A stretch of DNA of 64,000 nt from Ginglymostoma cirratum (Eukaryota): positions 5,614,661-5,678,660 of the forward strand of contig JAHRHZ010000002.1 of assembly GCA_024137785.1 (NCBI GenBank), written 5' to 3'. Position 1 is the first letter of the stretch; the number at the start of each line of letters is the position of its first letter. The notes below the pieces were generated by a model. The model searched no databases, was not told where the DNA came from, and worked only from the letters and a program-made list of their open reading frames with translations. The position numbers and the translations under genes are program-made. Positions 49,530-62,167 of the stretch are shown one piece after another.

Positions 49530-50310
49530 CACTCCTTCAGTACAAACCCCCTAGCACTGCTGCAGTCCCTGAGTACTGACCATCAAACTATGCAGCACTC
49601 CCTCAGTACTGACCCTCTGACAATGCGGCACTCCCTCAGTAATGACCCTCTGATAGCGCAGCACTCCCTCAGTAATGACCCTCTGATAGCGCAGCACTCC
49701 CTCAGTACTGACCCTGTGACAGTGCTGCACTCCCTCAGTACTGACCCTCTGACAGTGCGGCACTCCCTCAGTACTGACCCTCTGACAGTGCGGCGCTCCC
49801 TCAGTACTGACCCTGTGACAGTGCTGCACTCCCTCAGTACTGACCCTCTGACAGTGCGGCACTCCCTCAGTACTGACCCTCTGACAGTGCTGCACTCCCT
49901 CAGTACTGACCCTCTGACAGTGCGGCACTCCCTCAGTACTGACCCTCTGACAGTGTGACACTTCCTCAGTACTGACCCTCTGACAGTGCGGCACTCCCTC
50001 AGTAATGACCCTCTGATAGCGCAGCACTTCCTCAGTACTGACCCTCTGACAGTGCGGCACTCCCTCAGTAATGACCCTCTGACAGTGCTGCACTCCCTCA
50101 GTAATGACCCTGTGACAGTGCTGCACTCCCTCAGTACTGACCCTCTGACAGTGTAGTGCTCCCTCAGTACTGACCCTCTGACAATGCGGCACTCCCTCAG
50201 TACTGACCCTCTGACAGTGCTGCACTCCCTCAGTACTGACCCTCTGACAGTGCTGCACGCCCTCAGTACTGACCCTCTGACAGTGCTGCACTCCCTCAGT
50301 ACTGACCATC
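49530..50310 (+). repeat. 33-bp satellite array (CACTCCCTCAGTACTGACCCTCTGACAGTGCGG)n
   Basis: About 23 tandem units, opposite orientation to 36160-37940. Degenerate copies at ~5790-6340 and 18500-18610. Confidence 0.95.
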
Positions 50311-50406
50311 ACAGTGGGCATTTTCCTGAACTCAGTTTAGTTGTTATCGTTCGGGAGTTACAATGTTTGACATCACTGAAATGTCACCTAGAGCATTCAA
50401 AATGAT

Positions 50407-52076
50407 TCCCTACAGCAATTGGGTTGCAGTGGTTCAAGAAAGCACCTCGCCACCACTTTCACATGGGCAACTAGGAATGGATCAATAGAACAGAAATGGA
50501 ACGGAGACAATGGGCAATAATGGAAAACCATTTCCTACGACTGAGAAATGAAAAGGTAACATCGTTTTATAAACGTTCACTACAACCTCCTTTGTTTGTT
50601 GGAATGTAAATATTATGAATATTAATCGAGAACAAGTTTTTAACCAACTTTCACCAACTCTGCCACTTCCAAAGAATCACTGGCCGACACCCCAGGTCTC
50701 TGACCCTGCATCCACTTCAAAATTAGATTATGTCACCTCTCTTCATTCTGCCTTCCAAAATGCATGTGTTGCCACTTGAAGTTACGCCAAGTCAATCAGT
50801 TACAATAGAACGCAGAACATCGGACTGTACAGCACAGGAATGGGACCTTCAGCCCACAGTGTTGTGCTAAGCATGACATCAAATTAAACTAATCCTTTCA
50901 GCCTGCCCGTGGTCCATATCCCTCCATTCTTTGCATATTCATGCGCTTATTGGAGAACACCTTAAATGCACCTATTGTATCTGCCTCTCCACCAACTCAA
51001 GCAGAATGTTCCAGATTCTTACCACTTTCTGTGTCAAAAACTTGCCCCTCACATCTCGTTTGAACTTTCCCCCTTTTATATTATATGCACTCCCCCTAGT
51101 ATTAGATATTTGAACTCTGGGAAAAAGATTCTGACCGTCAACCCTATCTGTGCATCTCATAATTTTATAGACTTCTATCAAGTCTCACTTCAGCCTCTGC
51201 CACTCCACAGAAAACAAACTGGTTTTTCGAGACTCTCCGTACAGCTCATGCCCCTCTAATCCAGGCAGCATCCTGGTAAACCTCTTCTGCACCCTCCCCA
51301 AAGCCTCCACATCCTTCCTCTTTGTGCAACTCCATCTGGTTCCTCAACCGACAGCTGCTGTTACAATCTCTTGATTCCTTGAAACTCAGAGGAAGGGGAA
51401 CAAGGCAGAGGATGTGGGCTGTCAGTCTGACATTGTGTGAAAGTGACCTGATGAGGAAAGCCGCCTATTGTTCTTCTGTTTTTTTTCCCATTAATTTGTG
51501 AGATGCGGGTGATACCAGCTGGGCCAACATTTATTGTCGATCCCTAACTGCCTCTTGCACTGGCTGGCTTGCGGGGCCACTTCAAAGGGCAGATACAAAT
51601 TAGTCACATTGCCATGGGTCTGGAGTCTCATGTAGGCTAGACCTGGTAAGGATGCCCAACTCCCTTGCTTAAAGGGCAATAGTGAATACTTTTGCTGTAC
51701 TGACCCTCTGGCAACACATGCATTTTGGAAGGCAGAATGAAGAGAGGTGACATAATCTAATTTTGAAGTGGATGCAGGGTCAGAGATCTGGGGTGTCGGC
51801 CAGTGATTCTTTGGAAGTGGCAGAGTTGGTGAAAGTTGGTTAAAAACTTGTTCTCGATTAATATTCATAATATATACATTCCAACAAACAAAGGAGGTTG
51901 TAGTGAACGTTTATAAAACGATGTTACCTTTTCATTTCTCAGTCGTCGGAAATGGTTTTCCATTATTGCCCATTGTCTCTGTTCCATTTCTGTTCTATTG
52001 ATCCATTCCTAGTTGCCCATGTGAAAGTGGTGGCGAGGTGCTTTCTTGAACCACTGCAACCCAATTGCTGTAGGGA
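50407..52076. repeat. 368-bp near-perfect inverted repeat (50407-50774 / 51709-52076)
   Basis: Arms are reverse complements with about 4 mismatches by eye; 934-bp spacer. Confidence 0.9.
50810..51320 (-). mobile_element. CR1 LINE 3' fragment
   Basis: ORF 50972-51181 IEVYKIMR..DRVD...FLTQKVV.IWN. Confidence 0.8.
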
Positions 52077-52877
52077 CACACACAGAGCTGTTAGGAAGTG
52101 AGTTCCATGGTTTTGATCCAGTGACAGTAAAGGAACGGTGAAATATTTCCAAGTCAGGAAGCTGTGTCACTTGGAGGGGGACGTGTATGTGGTTGTCTTC
52201 CCAAGTATCTGCTGGTCTTGTCGTTCTGGGTGACAGAGGTCGAGGTTCGGCTGTTTAAAGAGCCATCTGGACCTGGGCCTCCTGGCTTAAAGATTCACAC
52301 TACTGCTGCACTACAGGAGTCCCTCAGTTCCTCAGGATAGTATTCTAGACCCAGCCATCTTCAGCTACTTCATCAATGATTTTCCTTTATCATAACGTCA
52401 GAAGTGGGGATGTTTGCTGCTGATTGTACGATGCTCAACACCATTCGTGACTCCTGAGATTCTGAAGCAGTCCATGTCCAAATGCAACAAGACAGGGAAA
52501 ATACCCAGGATTGGCCTGACAAGCAGCAAGTAACATTCAGATCAAATAAATGCCAGGCTATGACTGTCTCTCACAAGACAGACTCTAACCATTTGTAGAG
52601 TTGGATGAACACAGTGATAAAAGGGCAATACTGAAGCTTTAGCAGATGAAGGCTAATGGAAGAAGAAACAAGTCACTATTGAGACTGCAGAAAAGGCACA
52701 AGATCTATTTCTTAAAACTGCTATAAGGTAAGGAAGAATTTATTAAACTGTAGAGAGTAGTGTTCATCCAGGAAAAGAAACCTAAGCCAACAGCACAATT
52801 AACAGTATGGATCAGCCATTATTATGAAACTGTTAAATGAATGGGATTCATTGTACAGAACTGCAAAGACAGGGACT

Positions 52878-53440
52878 CATTGAGTAAAGCTTTTTTCATC
52901 AAAAATGTACTTTATTCATGAAAATATCTTTGTGTATATATATTGTCATGGATGCAGTTCAGTTCAAGTAAACAAACAAACATTTGACTTTGATTCTGTC
53001 CCAAAAAACCAAAGGTTTCTTTTACACATACAAAACTGTATTTACATGCATTGAGGCACTACGATGGTCCGATAACTGAACGAACCCCCAGTTAACTTCA
53101 GTAGGAAGACCTCAGACAGTGGTCGTTCCCCGCTGCGTTTTGGCCGCAGTTGCCTCAAGCTTATTGAGTAAAGTACTTTTTTTAATTTCAAAAATATACT
53201 TTATTTATAATAAAATCTTTTTGCATACATACATTGTCACAAACGCAGTTCAGTCCTGTCCAGTTGCATATCAAGTAAACAAACGAAACACTGGACTTTG
53301 ACTCTATCCAAACAAAAAACCGAAAACCTCTCTTATACATAACAATACTAATATTTATATATATTTGAGGCACCAGGAGGGTCCAAAAACTGAACTGACG
53401 CCGAATTATCTTCAGCAGGACGACCTCAGACAGTGGACAT
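52878..53440 (-). repeat. Tandem pair of ~285-bp L1/Tx1-like 3' tails
   Basis: ATTGAGTAAAG...TACTTTATT...GACCTCAGACAGTGG occurs twice (52880-53122, 53163-53436). Confidence 0.6.
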
Positions 53441-53828
53441 TGGACAGTGGACAGGTCTGCAATACTCGGTCAGGATCGTCTCCTTGTTAAGTGACTGGGT
53501 GAAGATGAAGAGAGCAATTTGCCTGGTTTCTAGCCACAGTCATACCAACACTCCTTCTTTGTCGTATGGACACAATGGAGATTTTGTCAATCATTGTGAA
53601 TATCTGAACCTCAAGTGCAGGTTTTAACAAGAGGTCACTTTTGAAAAATGTGAAATGCCCCTAAGTTATTTTTGAAGAGAGTGCTTGACCATTTCTGAAT
53701 TAGTTATTGGGCTGCTTTAGCATTCGTTCATTTATCCCAGTCGGGTTGAGAGGTTACACCTCTAAGAGAGAAGCTGCTGTCCTCCTTAATCCATGCTAAT
53801 CCATTCCAATCCTTTGGCCCTTCCCGTC

Positions 53829-56800
53829 TGTTAATTCCTTAAAAAATAAGGAATGAGTCTGCAATCTTTTTAAATGTCCAGCTTTACTTCTTATTGTGTG
53901 TTGATTACAAGTTTGCAAGTTAAGACCTTCACAGTAACAGCCTTTTCTGTAACTTTATACATTTTTTTTTATATTTGATCCTCCCCAAAACAGCAAACCG
54001 TTCTCCACACCCTAAATACAAACCTCGGCCATTGTCCGTTTGTGACATATGCTCATGTCTGCTTCAAACCAATTTCAACCAAACTGGCAAATCCCCTTTT
54101 TGCTCTAGCATTTGTAATTTAACCCTTGTTATGCTGTAGTTCAATCACACAATTTTCAATATACTCCACAACTCCCCCCTTTTGATTCTTCCCAAACATG
54201 AGTAAAGCAAGCTAACAATAACATACAGGTTCCCTGGTATGTTGAATAGCAGTAAAACACCACAACTTTAGGCTTCAGTATTTGCTGAATACAACATTTG
54301 AGCAATATAGATCAAAAATGCAGAATAAGAATCACAGCAATAAAGACTAATACAAGCAACCTCCCCATCTTGGGCTTTAATTTTAACAATTCTTATCAGG
54401 CTTCAAGTTCAGTCACTGGTTGCTCGTTAACATCATACTTGGTCTCAAAATTCCCCAGTTCTCTTTTTTAAAGTATCTGTATATCATCATTTGTGGGCCA
54501 TTCCACTTCAGCTCACTATCACTTGAGTATCGCACCCAAAATTCCTTTTCACTAAAATGCATATTAACTTCAATTGCTGTTTCAACCCACTATTCTAATT
54601 TACTTTTCTTCTGTGACTACTGTCCACCCCTAATTACTTCATCTCATCCAATTTTGCTATTTAATCATTACCACATACCTAATTCCAGAGCTCTAGAGAG
54701 ATCTGTAGTACATCTTATAATATTTTACAACAGAAGTCCAACATTTTTGTTTGATTCAGGCAAAACATACTTTGTTTGTTCTTTGTCTAAGATGACCCAT
54801 ATATTTTGAACTTACTTTATCGCTCATTCTAGATATTTGATATATCTCTACTCAGATTTGTCCAAATACAAAATTCTGTTTACTCCCCCAAATTCACAGA
54901 CAATTTTTATGCATTGAATTTCCTGAATGTTTTCTCAATAGTTCTTCACTGCTGAGATGTGTTGTTGACCAATGGCTTGATGGTTTGAGGATGCCTCGTC
55001 CATCACTGTGTTGCGACACTGAAAGCCTGCAGACAATACAATATACAATACAATATCCTTTCATTGTCACATGTGCCCCATTGTTGGAGTACAGTGAAAA
55101 ACCTTTACAATGTCCACCTTCTTATGGCAACATCTTAGGTACAAATATCTAGGTATAATTCTTGGATACAGTAGAGAGATAAAAGTAGTTGCTTATTTAC
55201 ATAGTTGAAAATAAGTTAAAATAGGAATATATTAAGGGGTATATTAAGGGATTAACATTACAGTGTTCTAAGGTAAGGATTGCCCCTCACATCGGTGGTT
55301 CAAAAGTTCACACACTTATCTGATTAAAAAAAGGTATCCATCCATTCCAGTTCAAGCAGAATTGATTAATTCGCAGTGGTATAAGTGGTGGGGTGAAAAC
55401 CCCTGAACATTATTACATCAACTGTCTATCTTCCTGCTCTACAGAAATAAGTGTGTTATAATTAACAAAACAAAAGCCTACCTCCTTTGTTAGATTGCAT
55501 TCTCCTTTCTAAAACTCCTTGATATCAGTTTTTCTTGTAATTTAGAACATATCATCAGAATTTTGTTCACTCTAGCCAGAAAATGAAATTCCAAACGTGA
55601 TAATTTCCAATTCCAAGAGGATAAATTTTTACCAAGCTATACAAACCAATTTTTAAATCAACTTTTTGTCACAAATTTTTGCTTTACACAACCAATGATA
55701 GTTCCTGAAAAGGACATTATATTAACTCAGAGATAACAAGCATGGGGCTGGATGAACACAGCAGGTCAAGCAGCATCATAGGAGCAGGAAAACTTGACGT
55801 TTTGGGCCTAAACCCTTCATCAGAAAAGCATGTTCTACGCTGATACAGGAACACAATACTTTTCAAATCACCAAGCTTCCCAAAATGCAAACTAAATTCA
55901 AAGAGTTCCTGGATCTCAAGCTCAAGGGAACAAAAACAAAATATTACACAAGGTAACATTTAACCACCGACGAATAAAGGTGCATTAAAACCAGACCACA
56001 AAGAGTTAACACTTAGTTCAGTGAAACGCAGCACCAAAAATGGATCTGCCTCTCTGTCTCTGTTTCTTTTTTCTTCGCAGCTATTCCAGTTGCTTCCAGG
56101 TCTTTTCTATTCCCCTACTCCAACTTTAGCCTTCTGCTCAACATCAAAGGGCAGATTAAGTCTGTCAATCAAAAATAAACATGTCAATTCAGCACCAGCA
56201 TCCAAAAGACAATTTATGCAGGAGTGCCTTCTGATGTTCAGATTACATGCCCTTGATGCATTCCAGTAACACCCATTCAGTCACAGATTCCCAGATCGGT
56301 AAGATTCCTGTCTCTGAGCTTAGGGCTTTCTGCAGCCTTCTTCTTAATCCTACATGTCTTTGCCCAATGCCCTTCTCGCTCACAGTTGTGACATTCAAAC
56401 AGGCGCCTATCTGCCAAGATTGCCAGCATTGTAACTCCGGTTTGCATGGTTCTAAGTTTAGATTCCATATTCTTTTCTAAGCAATTAGCCTCTTCAACGA
56501 TTTCACCATACATTCTGCGACTGGTCTCCCAATTGGGGACTGTAACCTTTAATATTTTTGCTCGTGTGGGTTTTAAGCCTTCGACAAAGGTAGATTTCAG
56601 GGATGCTAGATACTACTCTCAATTTCTTTCACAACTGTGCCCTCTGCCAGGCTGGAATATTCTATTCAGATTGCCACAACCTTTCTGCATAGTCCCATAA
56701 TTCCTCATTGCCTTTCTGCTGACATGCTGTGAATTTACTCCAATCTATTTTAGGTGGGCCGTAATCCTTCAACCAATCGTTAATAGCTATCCATCTGTTG

Positions 56801-58449
56801 TTGGGGTCTTGTCCATTGTCACCTAATTCCTCCCGAATTTTCTTAACGTTTCCTGCTTGCCTTATTTTCTACCATGATAGACAACGCATGTATCCCATCC
56901 ATTGGGTTCAGACTATATATATTTTTAAGCTTTTCCAATTCATTCCAAGTTTTCGTGTCTCCCTGTTTGGGTGAGGCAGTTCTTTGGACCACCTTTCCAC
57001 CAGTTTGGCATTGGGAGGCTTGTGGGCTGCCCATTGTGCATATTCATAACTATACCCTTGTCATCCTCTGTGTCTTCCTCCTTATGGATCCTGGTATATC
57101 TTGGCTCAAAATTAAATGGTTGGTCCTCTTCTTCAGACTCACTAGAGTTGAGACCAGATTGTTTGCCCTCATATCCCATAAACCACACTTTACCCTGGTC
57201 TTGGGGAGACCTATAGCCGGTATACAGGGGAGAACTTGGAAATGGTGGGGGTGGAGGAACTTTCATACGTGGAACTTTCTCCTTCTCACCCAATTTTTTT
57301 TGTCATTTTAAGTTCTTCACAACCAGCTTTCAATTATTCCTTTAGATTATTAATTTCACGATCATGATTAGATTTGTCAATAATTTATTGTTGCTGTCTA
57401 TTTTGTCACATTACACATCGAAAACCATCAAATCCATTTTTTATCTTTTAATCAGGTGGCTTTACCCCAAATATGTTTAATATCAGCTGGGGACCATTGT
57501 GCCGTGGAGGTTCCATACCTCTAATGGATTTCCATCAAAGTGTCGAGAGGTCAAATTGTTGTATTCGTTTAATCTTTGGAGACTTCATCTTCAGAAATAT
57601 CAGGTGGAGCCTGTCATTCTTTCACTGTTGTAGGTAATTTGGACTTGGACATTATGCAGGATAATAACATGGACTTGGAGCCAATGGGACTCAATGAGCC
57701 ATAGGCTAGAGATCACACTCTTTGCCTGTCAATTACAGACCTCAATTAGGGGACCTAGAACCATATTTCACTCACCAATGGGGCTTGGGCCATAGGCTAA
57801 TAATAGAGGTGGGGGGCCAGAGCTATTATTTCTTCTGCCGGGGTTGGGAGGTGGGGGCCAGAAGTTTTATCTCCTCTGCCAGGAGGGCCGGAAGTTTTAT
57901 TCCCTCTGCTGAGTTGGACGTCTATAGGTAATATGGGATCAAGTCATAAATTGCAGACAGGTTATGGATCGCGTTCGACAAAATGGGTCAGAACTTTCAC
58001 TATGACCTGAGGAATTTAAGAATTGAGGCGTCCTTACCTCTCCAATAGGATGCAGGGAGTATTCAGTGCTCCAACATTTTGTCCTTGCGATCCTGCAACT
58101 ATGCCAAGTTAGATTCCCTACAAAATTAGGAACAAGTCCATGATCTTTTTAAATATCCAGCTTTATTTCTGATTGTGTGTTGATTACATGATTGCAAGTT
58201 CAGACCTCTGCAGTGATAGCCTTTTCTGTGCATGAACACATGTTATTTTTCACTTGATCCTCCCCAAAATTGCAACCTGTTCTCCATACCCTAACCACAA
58301 GGTCTAGGCCACAGTCTGTTGTGACTTATGCTCATTACTGCTTCAAACTGATTTCAAATGGACTTGCAAATTCCCTTTTTGAACTCGCACTTGTGATTTA
58401 ACCCATGTTACACTGTAATTTAGTCACACAATTTTCAATATACTCCACA
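53829..58449 (-). mobile_element. Degenerate endogenous retrovirus (LTR-gag-pro-[pol absent]-env remnant-LTR)
   Basis: Direct ~342-bp LTRs at 58107-58449 and 53829-54170 starting TGTGGAG. PBS TGGCATAGTTGCAGGATC (tRNA-Ser-like) at 58089-58106. PPT AAAAGGGGGGAGT at 54171-54183. Gag CCHC knuckle CHNCEREGHWAKTC at ~56355-56397. Protease-like CLLDAGAE at ~56188-56212. Env TM-like LLVLVFIAVILIL...KCCIQ at ~54280-54375. Confidence 0.85.
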
Positions 58450-59904
58450 ACAGCCTATCTCCTCTCTTCCACTGTCTACATCTCTTTACCTGTAATAGTG
58501 AGGACTTTTTAATCGGAATCACAAGTTTCAAGTTTAAATACTCCTCATGCCTTCCCCTAACCGAGTTTAAATCTGACCTCCACCGCTGTTGATCCTCTGA
58601 CCGTACTGCATTCTCATTCCGAAAGGAAAGCACTGGAAGTCTGAAATAATAACAGAAAATGTTCAACAGGTTAGGCAGCAATTATGGAGACTCAAAGGGA
58701 GCCAGTAGATGTCAGGACTAGGCAGTAAAGTGGAGTTGAGACTGTGTTAGGCGTATTCTTATTGAATGATGGAACAGGTTTGAGGGGCTGAATGGCCTAA
58801 TCTTGTTCCTAATTTGTACGTTCGAATGTATGCATGGAAAGAGTTTACATTTTAGTTAGATGATCACACATCAGAAAAGAGCTGACATTTTAAATTTACA
58901 TTTCCTGCTGTGCCTACAGCACTTCATAGTGTTAATTCATCAGTTTTATTTTGAACCGATGAATCACTTGGTCACAAGTTGGTTTTCCTTCTGCCTTCCT
59001 GTCATTTGTGGATCTCTCGTCTTCCAGCTTGCAACCCCTGCCAGCTATTCAATTGTCGTAGGTCTGGCACTCAATGTGTGGTTCCATACTCGCTAACACA
59101 CTTCCCTCTATCTCTCTTATGGAGCAAGTTGGCCCACCATAGATGGGCAGCTAAGAGGTGCCCAGGGTCTGGGCAAGCTTGGCTGCCTGTGCCCATTTCA
59201 GGAGCCACCTGGAGGCATTGTGGTCAGAGGGCAGTGAAGAGGTTGGGTCAATGTGGACCCCTGAGAGTGAATGGTCTCAGGTCAGAGCTGAGTCGAGGAG
59301 AAACCAAGGGCAGGAAGGTTGAAAAACAGAGATAGTTGTTTGAGGAATCTAAATTTGGAATTTCAGTCCAAATGGATAACAGTTGATAAAAGAAGCTGCT
59401 GACACTGCTCTGTATTGCAGTCATATCCTCTGAAATTGCCTAAGGCATTACAATATCTTAGAGGTTTCAGGCAGTATCCAGCGAAACAGATGGATGCAAG
59501 CAAAAGAAAGGGAAATTGCATTTGCCTTGTACCTTTTGTGACCCTGTGATAAAAATGTAAGACATCCACTCCCAATTCCAGCTCTCCCTCTCCTCCACTC
59601 GAATCAAACATCATACCAGGAACCCCCTGAATCCAGCCACTTCCCAATGTTGTGATCCCCTCTTTCGGAAGAAGTCCTATGAATTTGATCTCCTGGAGTC
59701 AGCATTGGGCTCGGACTGAGAAAGGCTGACTCCTGAATCAGGCCTCAGGGAGTGTGAGAGTTTTCCAGTGCTGAGATAGGCCAGTCATAAAATAATGCTA
59801 AGAACTACAGAAGCTGGAAGTCCGCTCCGAAGAACATTCACTGGATGTGAAATTTTAAGCATTTTTCCTCTCCATTGATGCTGCTAGATCTGTTGGCTTT
59901 CTCC

Positions 59905-60574
59905 TGTGACTGATCTGACCAAAGCACCTCAAAACATATCAAGGATATAGCCTAAACCCAAACTTTTATCTTATTTACAGGGAAGTATAAGGTGCTGTTT
60001 TCCAGATGTGATCTGATTGATTAATCTGCTAGGTTTTAAGCAAAATACACTTTATTCTTAAACCACAATTAAAATACAAACAAAAAAGAAGAACTGGCAT
60101 AGCTTTAACTCTACTGAAATGCTTAGCAAAATAATATATATTTTAACTGCTACTCATCGACTGTTCCAATATAGCAGCATCCCATCAACACATCTTTGGC
60201 AAAGGCAATTTCAGCAGAACAGACTTCCCTGACTTGCTATCCTCTCCAGTCCAGGGGATAAAACACTGACAGAATGAATCTAGCAGCAGAGAAAGAACTC
60301 AAGTTTTTTTTTTGCGGCAGCAGCAGAGAGAGCTGTATCTAGCAGCTTCAACTCCAAAACCCCAACTTCAACAAATGGAAGTAAAACTAAAATCTTGAGG
60401 CTGCATGAGCCTGACTCCACCCATTTATTCTTCTTTTGTCTACATTTTTAAAAAAAAACCCAAAGCTATTTACTCTGCTTTCCATAGAGCAGACACCTGG
60501 GCACCAGATTTATAACATACCTTCTTCAAGGGAACCAGACAGACAAATTCCTCTTAAAGGCACATATTGTCATA
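59905..60574. mobile_element. Solo LTR
   Basis: TGTGAC...GTCATA inverted ends with 4-bp CTCC duplication on both sides; splits an older repeat. Confidence 0.6.
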
Positions 60575-62167
60575 CTCCAGCTATTTCTGCTTTTTATTCA
60601 GGACAGTTATAAGGCCTGCCCCAGTTTGTTGGGATATAGAGCAAGTCCTGTTCATGTTTTTTAGGATTCCTTACATTCCCCTAACCCCTGCCACCGCCCA
60701 CCACCACAGTCTTCACCATTCCCCTCATTGTCCTCATGCTCCTTCCCAGTCCCCTTATATTGCCCATACTCCGTCATTTTGCTATCTGTTCTCCATCCCA
60801 GCACTCCTTCTCAATTCCTCCATTATTCCCATACTCCTTTCATGCCTCTTGTGTATCCTTTATATGTACATGATCCACATTGTCCGGAGTGAATGAGCCA
60901 TTGGCAAGTCTCTAAGATTCTCCACAAATTGGCAGAACAGCTAAAGAGGTTCTGAAAATCTCCTCTGCAAAAAAGAATGCACATCTTACAACTTTACAAA
61001 ACAGTTAATCCACCAGAGGCATCCACAGTATCATTGTGTAAAGCTTTAATTCCTTATAATTTTGTGCAAATAAACAAAAAGGCACTGAAAAATCACAAAG
61101 AATAGCTTTTATAACTTATTGAACACATCAAAATTAAAAAGTTCGCACTCCCTATCAGGCTGAGTAAACTGACTCAAGCTGAGTTGAGTGCATGAGTAAT
61201 CTGACAAGTGAGCCATAATAAGGCCAACTGGAAAAACAGATGTCTATTTGTGAAAACTGCCTCTATTAATACAGTCACTTCACAGTAATGAGAAGGCACA
61301 ACCTGCATAGGATTTCTTTTTGAGATGGGGATGGGAGGATATGAGGTGGAAGTGGGGAAAAGAGGTTGAATTGTTGCTCCTTTCGGCTTACAAGGTGCTG
61401 AAAAATACTTTAAAAATCTAAAATACAGCAAACGCAGGAAATCTTAAACATGACCTGAAGTCAAAAACATAAGCGGGCATCTTGCCCCTAAATGGTAACT
61501 GTGGTTCTTCCCGCAGATGCCATATTATGTTTTATTACTTGAGAAAAGCTTTCTGAAGCTTCTGGTTACCTCACCCCTTGGGAGATCTGAGTGGGTAGCT
61601 TTATATTTGAATTACATTCTCAATTACATACTCGCTCAAGTTTAGAAAAATGAGAGGAGGTTTAATCGAGGTATATAAGGTGCTCAAAGGGATTGACAAA
61701 GTAGAAATATAGAGGGGATGTTTCCCCTTGTGGGGAAATCTGGATCAAGAGGCCTTAGTTTTAAGCTGAGTGGTTGCAGATTTAATACAGAGCTGAGGGA
61801 GAATTACTTCTCTCAAAGTGTCTTGAACCTGTGGAACAAAACCAGAAATTGTGGAAAACCTCTGCAGGACTAGCATCATCTGTGGAGAGAAACCAGAACC
61901 CTTCCTCAGAACTCAACTCGAAATGTTAACTCTGATTTCTCTCCACAGATGCTGATTTCTGGGGTTTTTTTTTTTTCTGATTTACAGCATCCACAATTCT
62001 TTCGGTTTTTATGAATCTGTGGAATTTGCTACCCACGAGGATGCTGAGACACTGAATAATTTAATGAGGGGAAAGAAAGATTTTTAATTGGTAAATGGAT
62101 TAAAGGGTTGTGGGAAGCAGGCAGGAAACCCCACACAGAGCGGACACAAAACTGTGCCGTTTCTTGT

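Noticed and set aside
49530-50310. GACAGTG/CACTGTC in the satellite resembling RAG RSS heptamers
   Set aside because: The essential CAC of CACAGTG is missing, there is no nonamer at 12/23 spacing, and no V, D or J segments are nearby.
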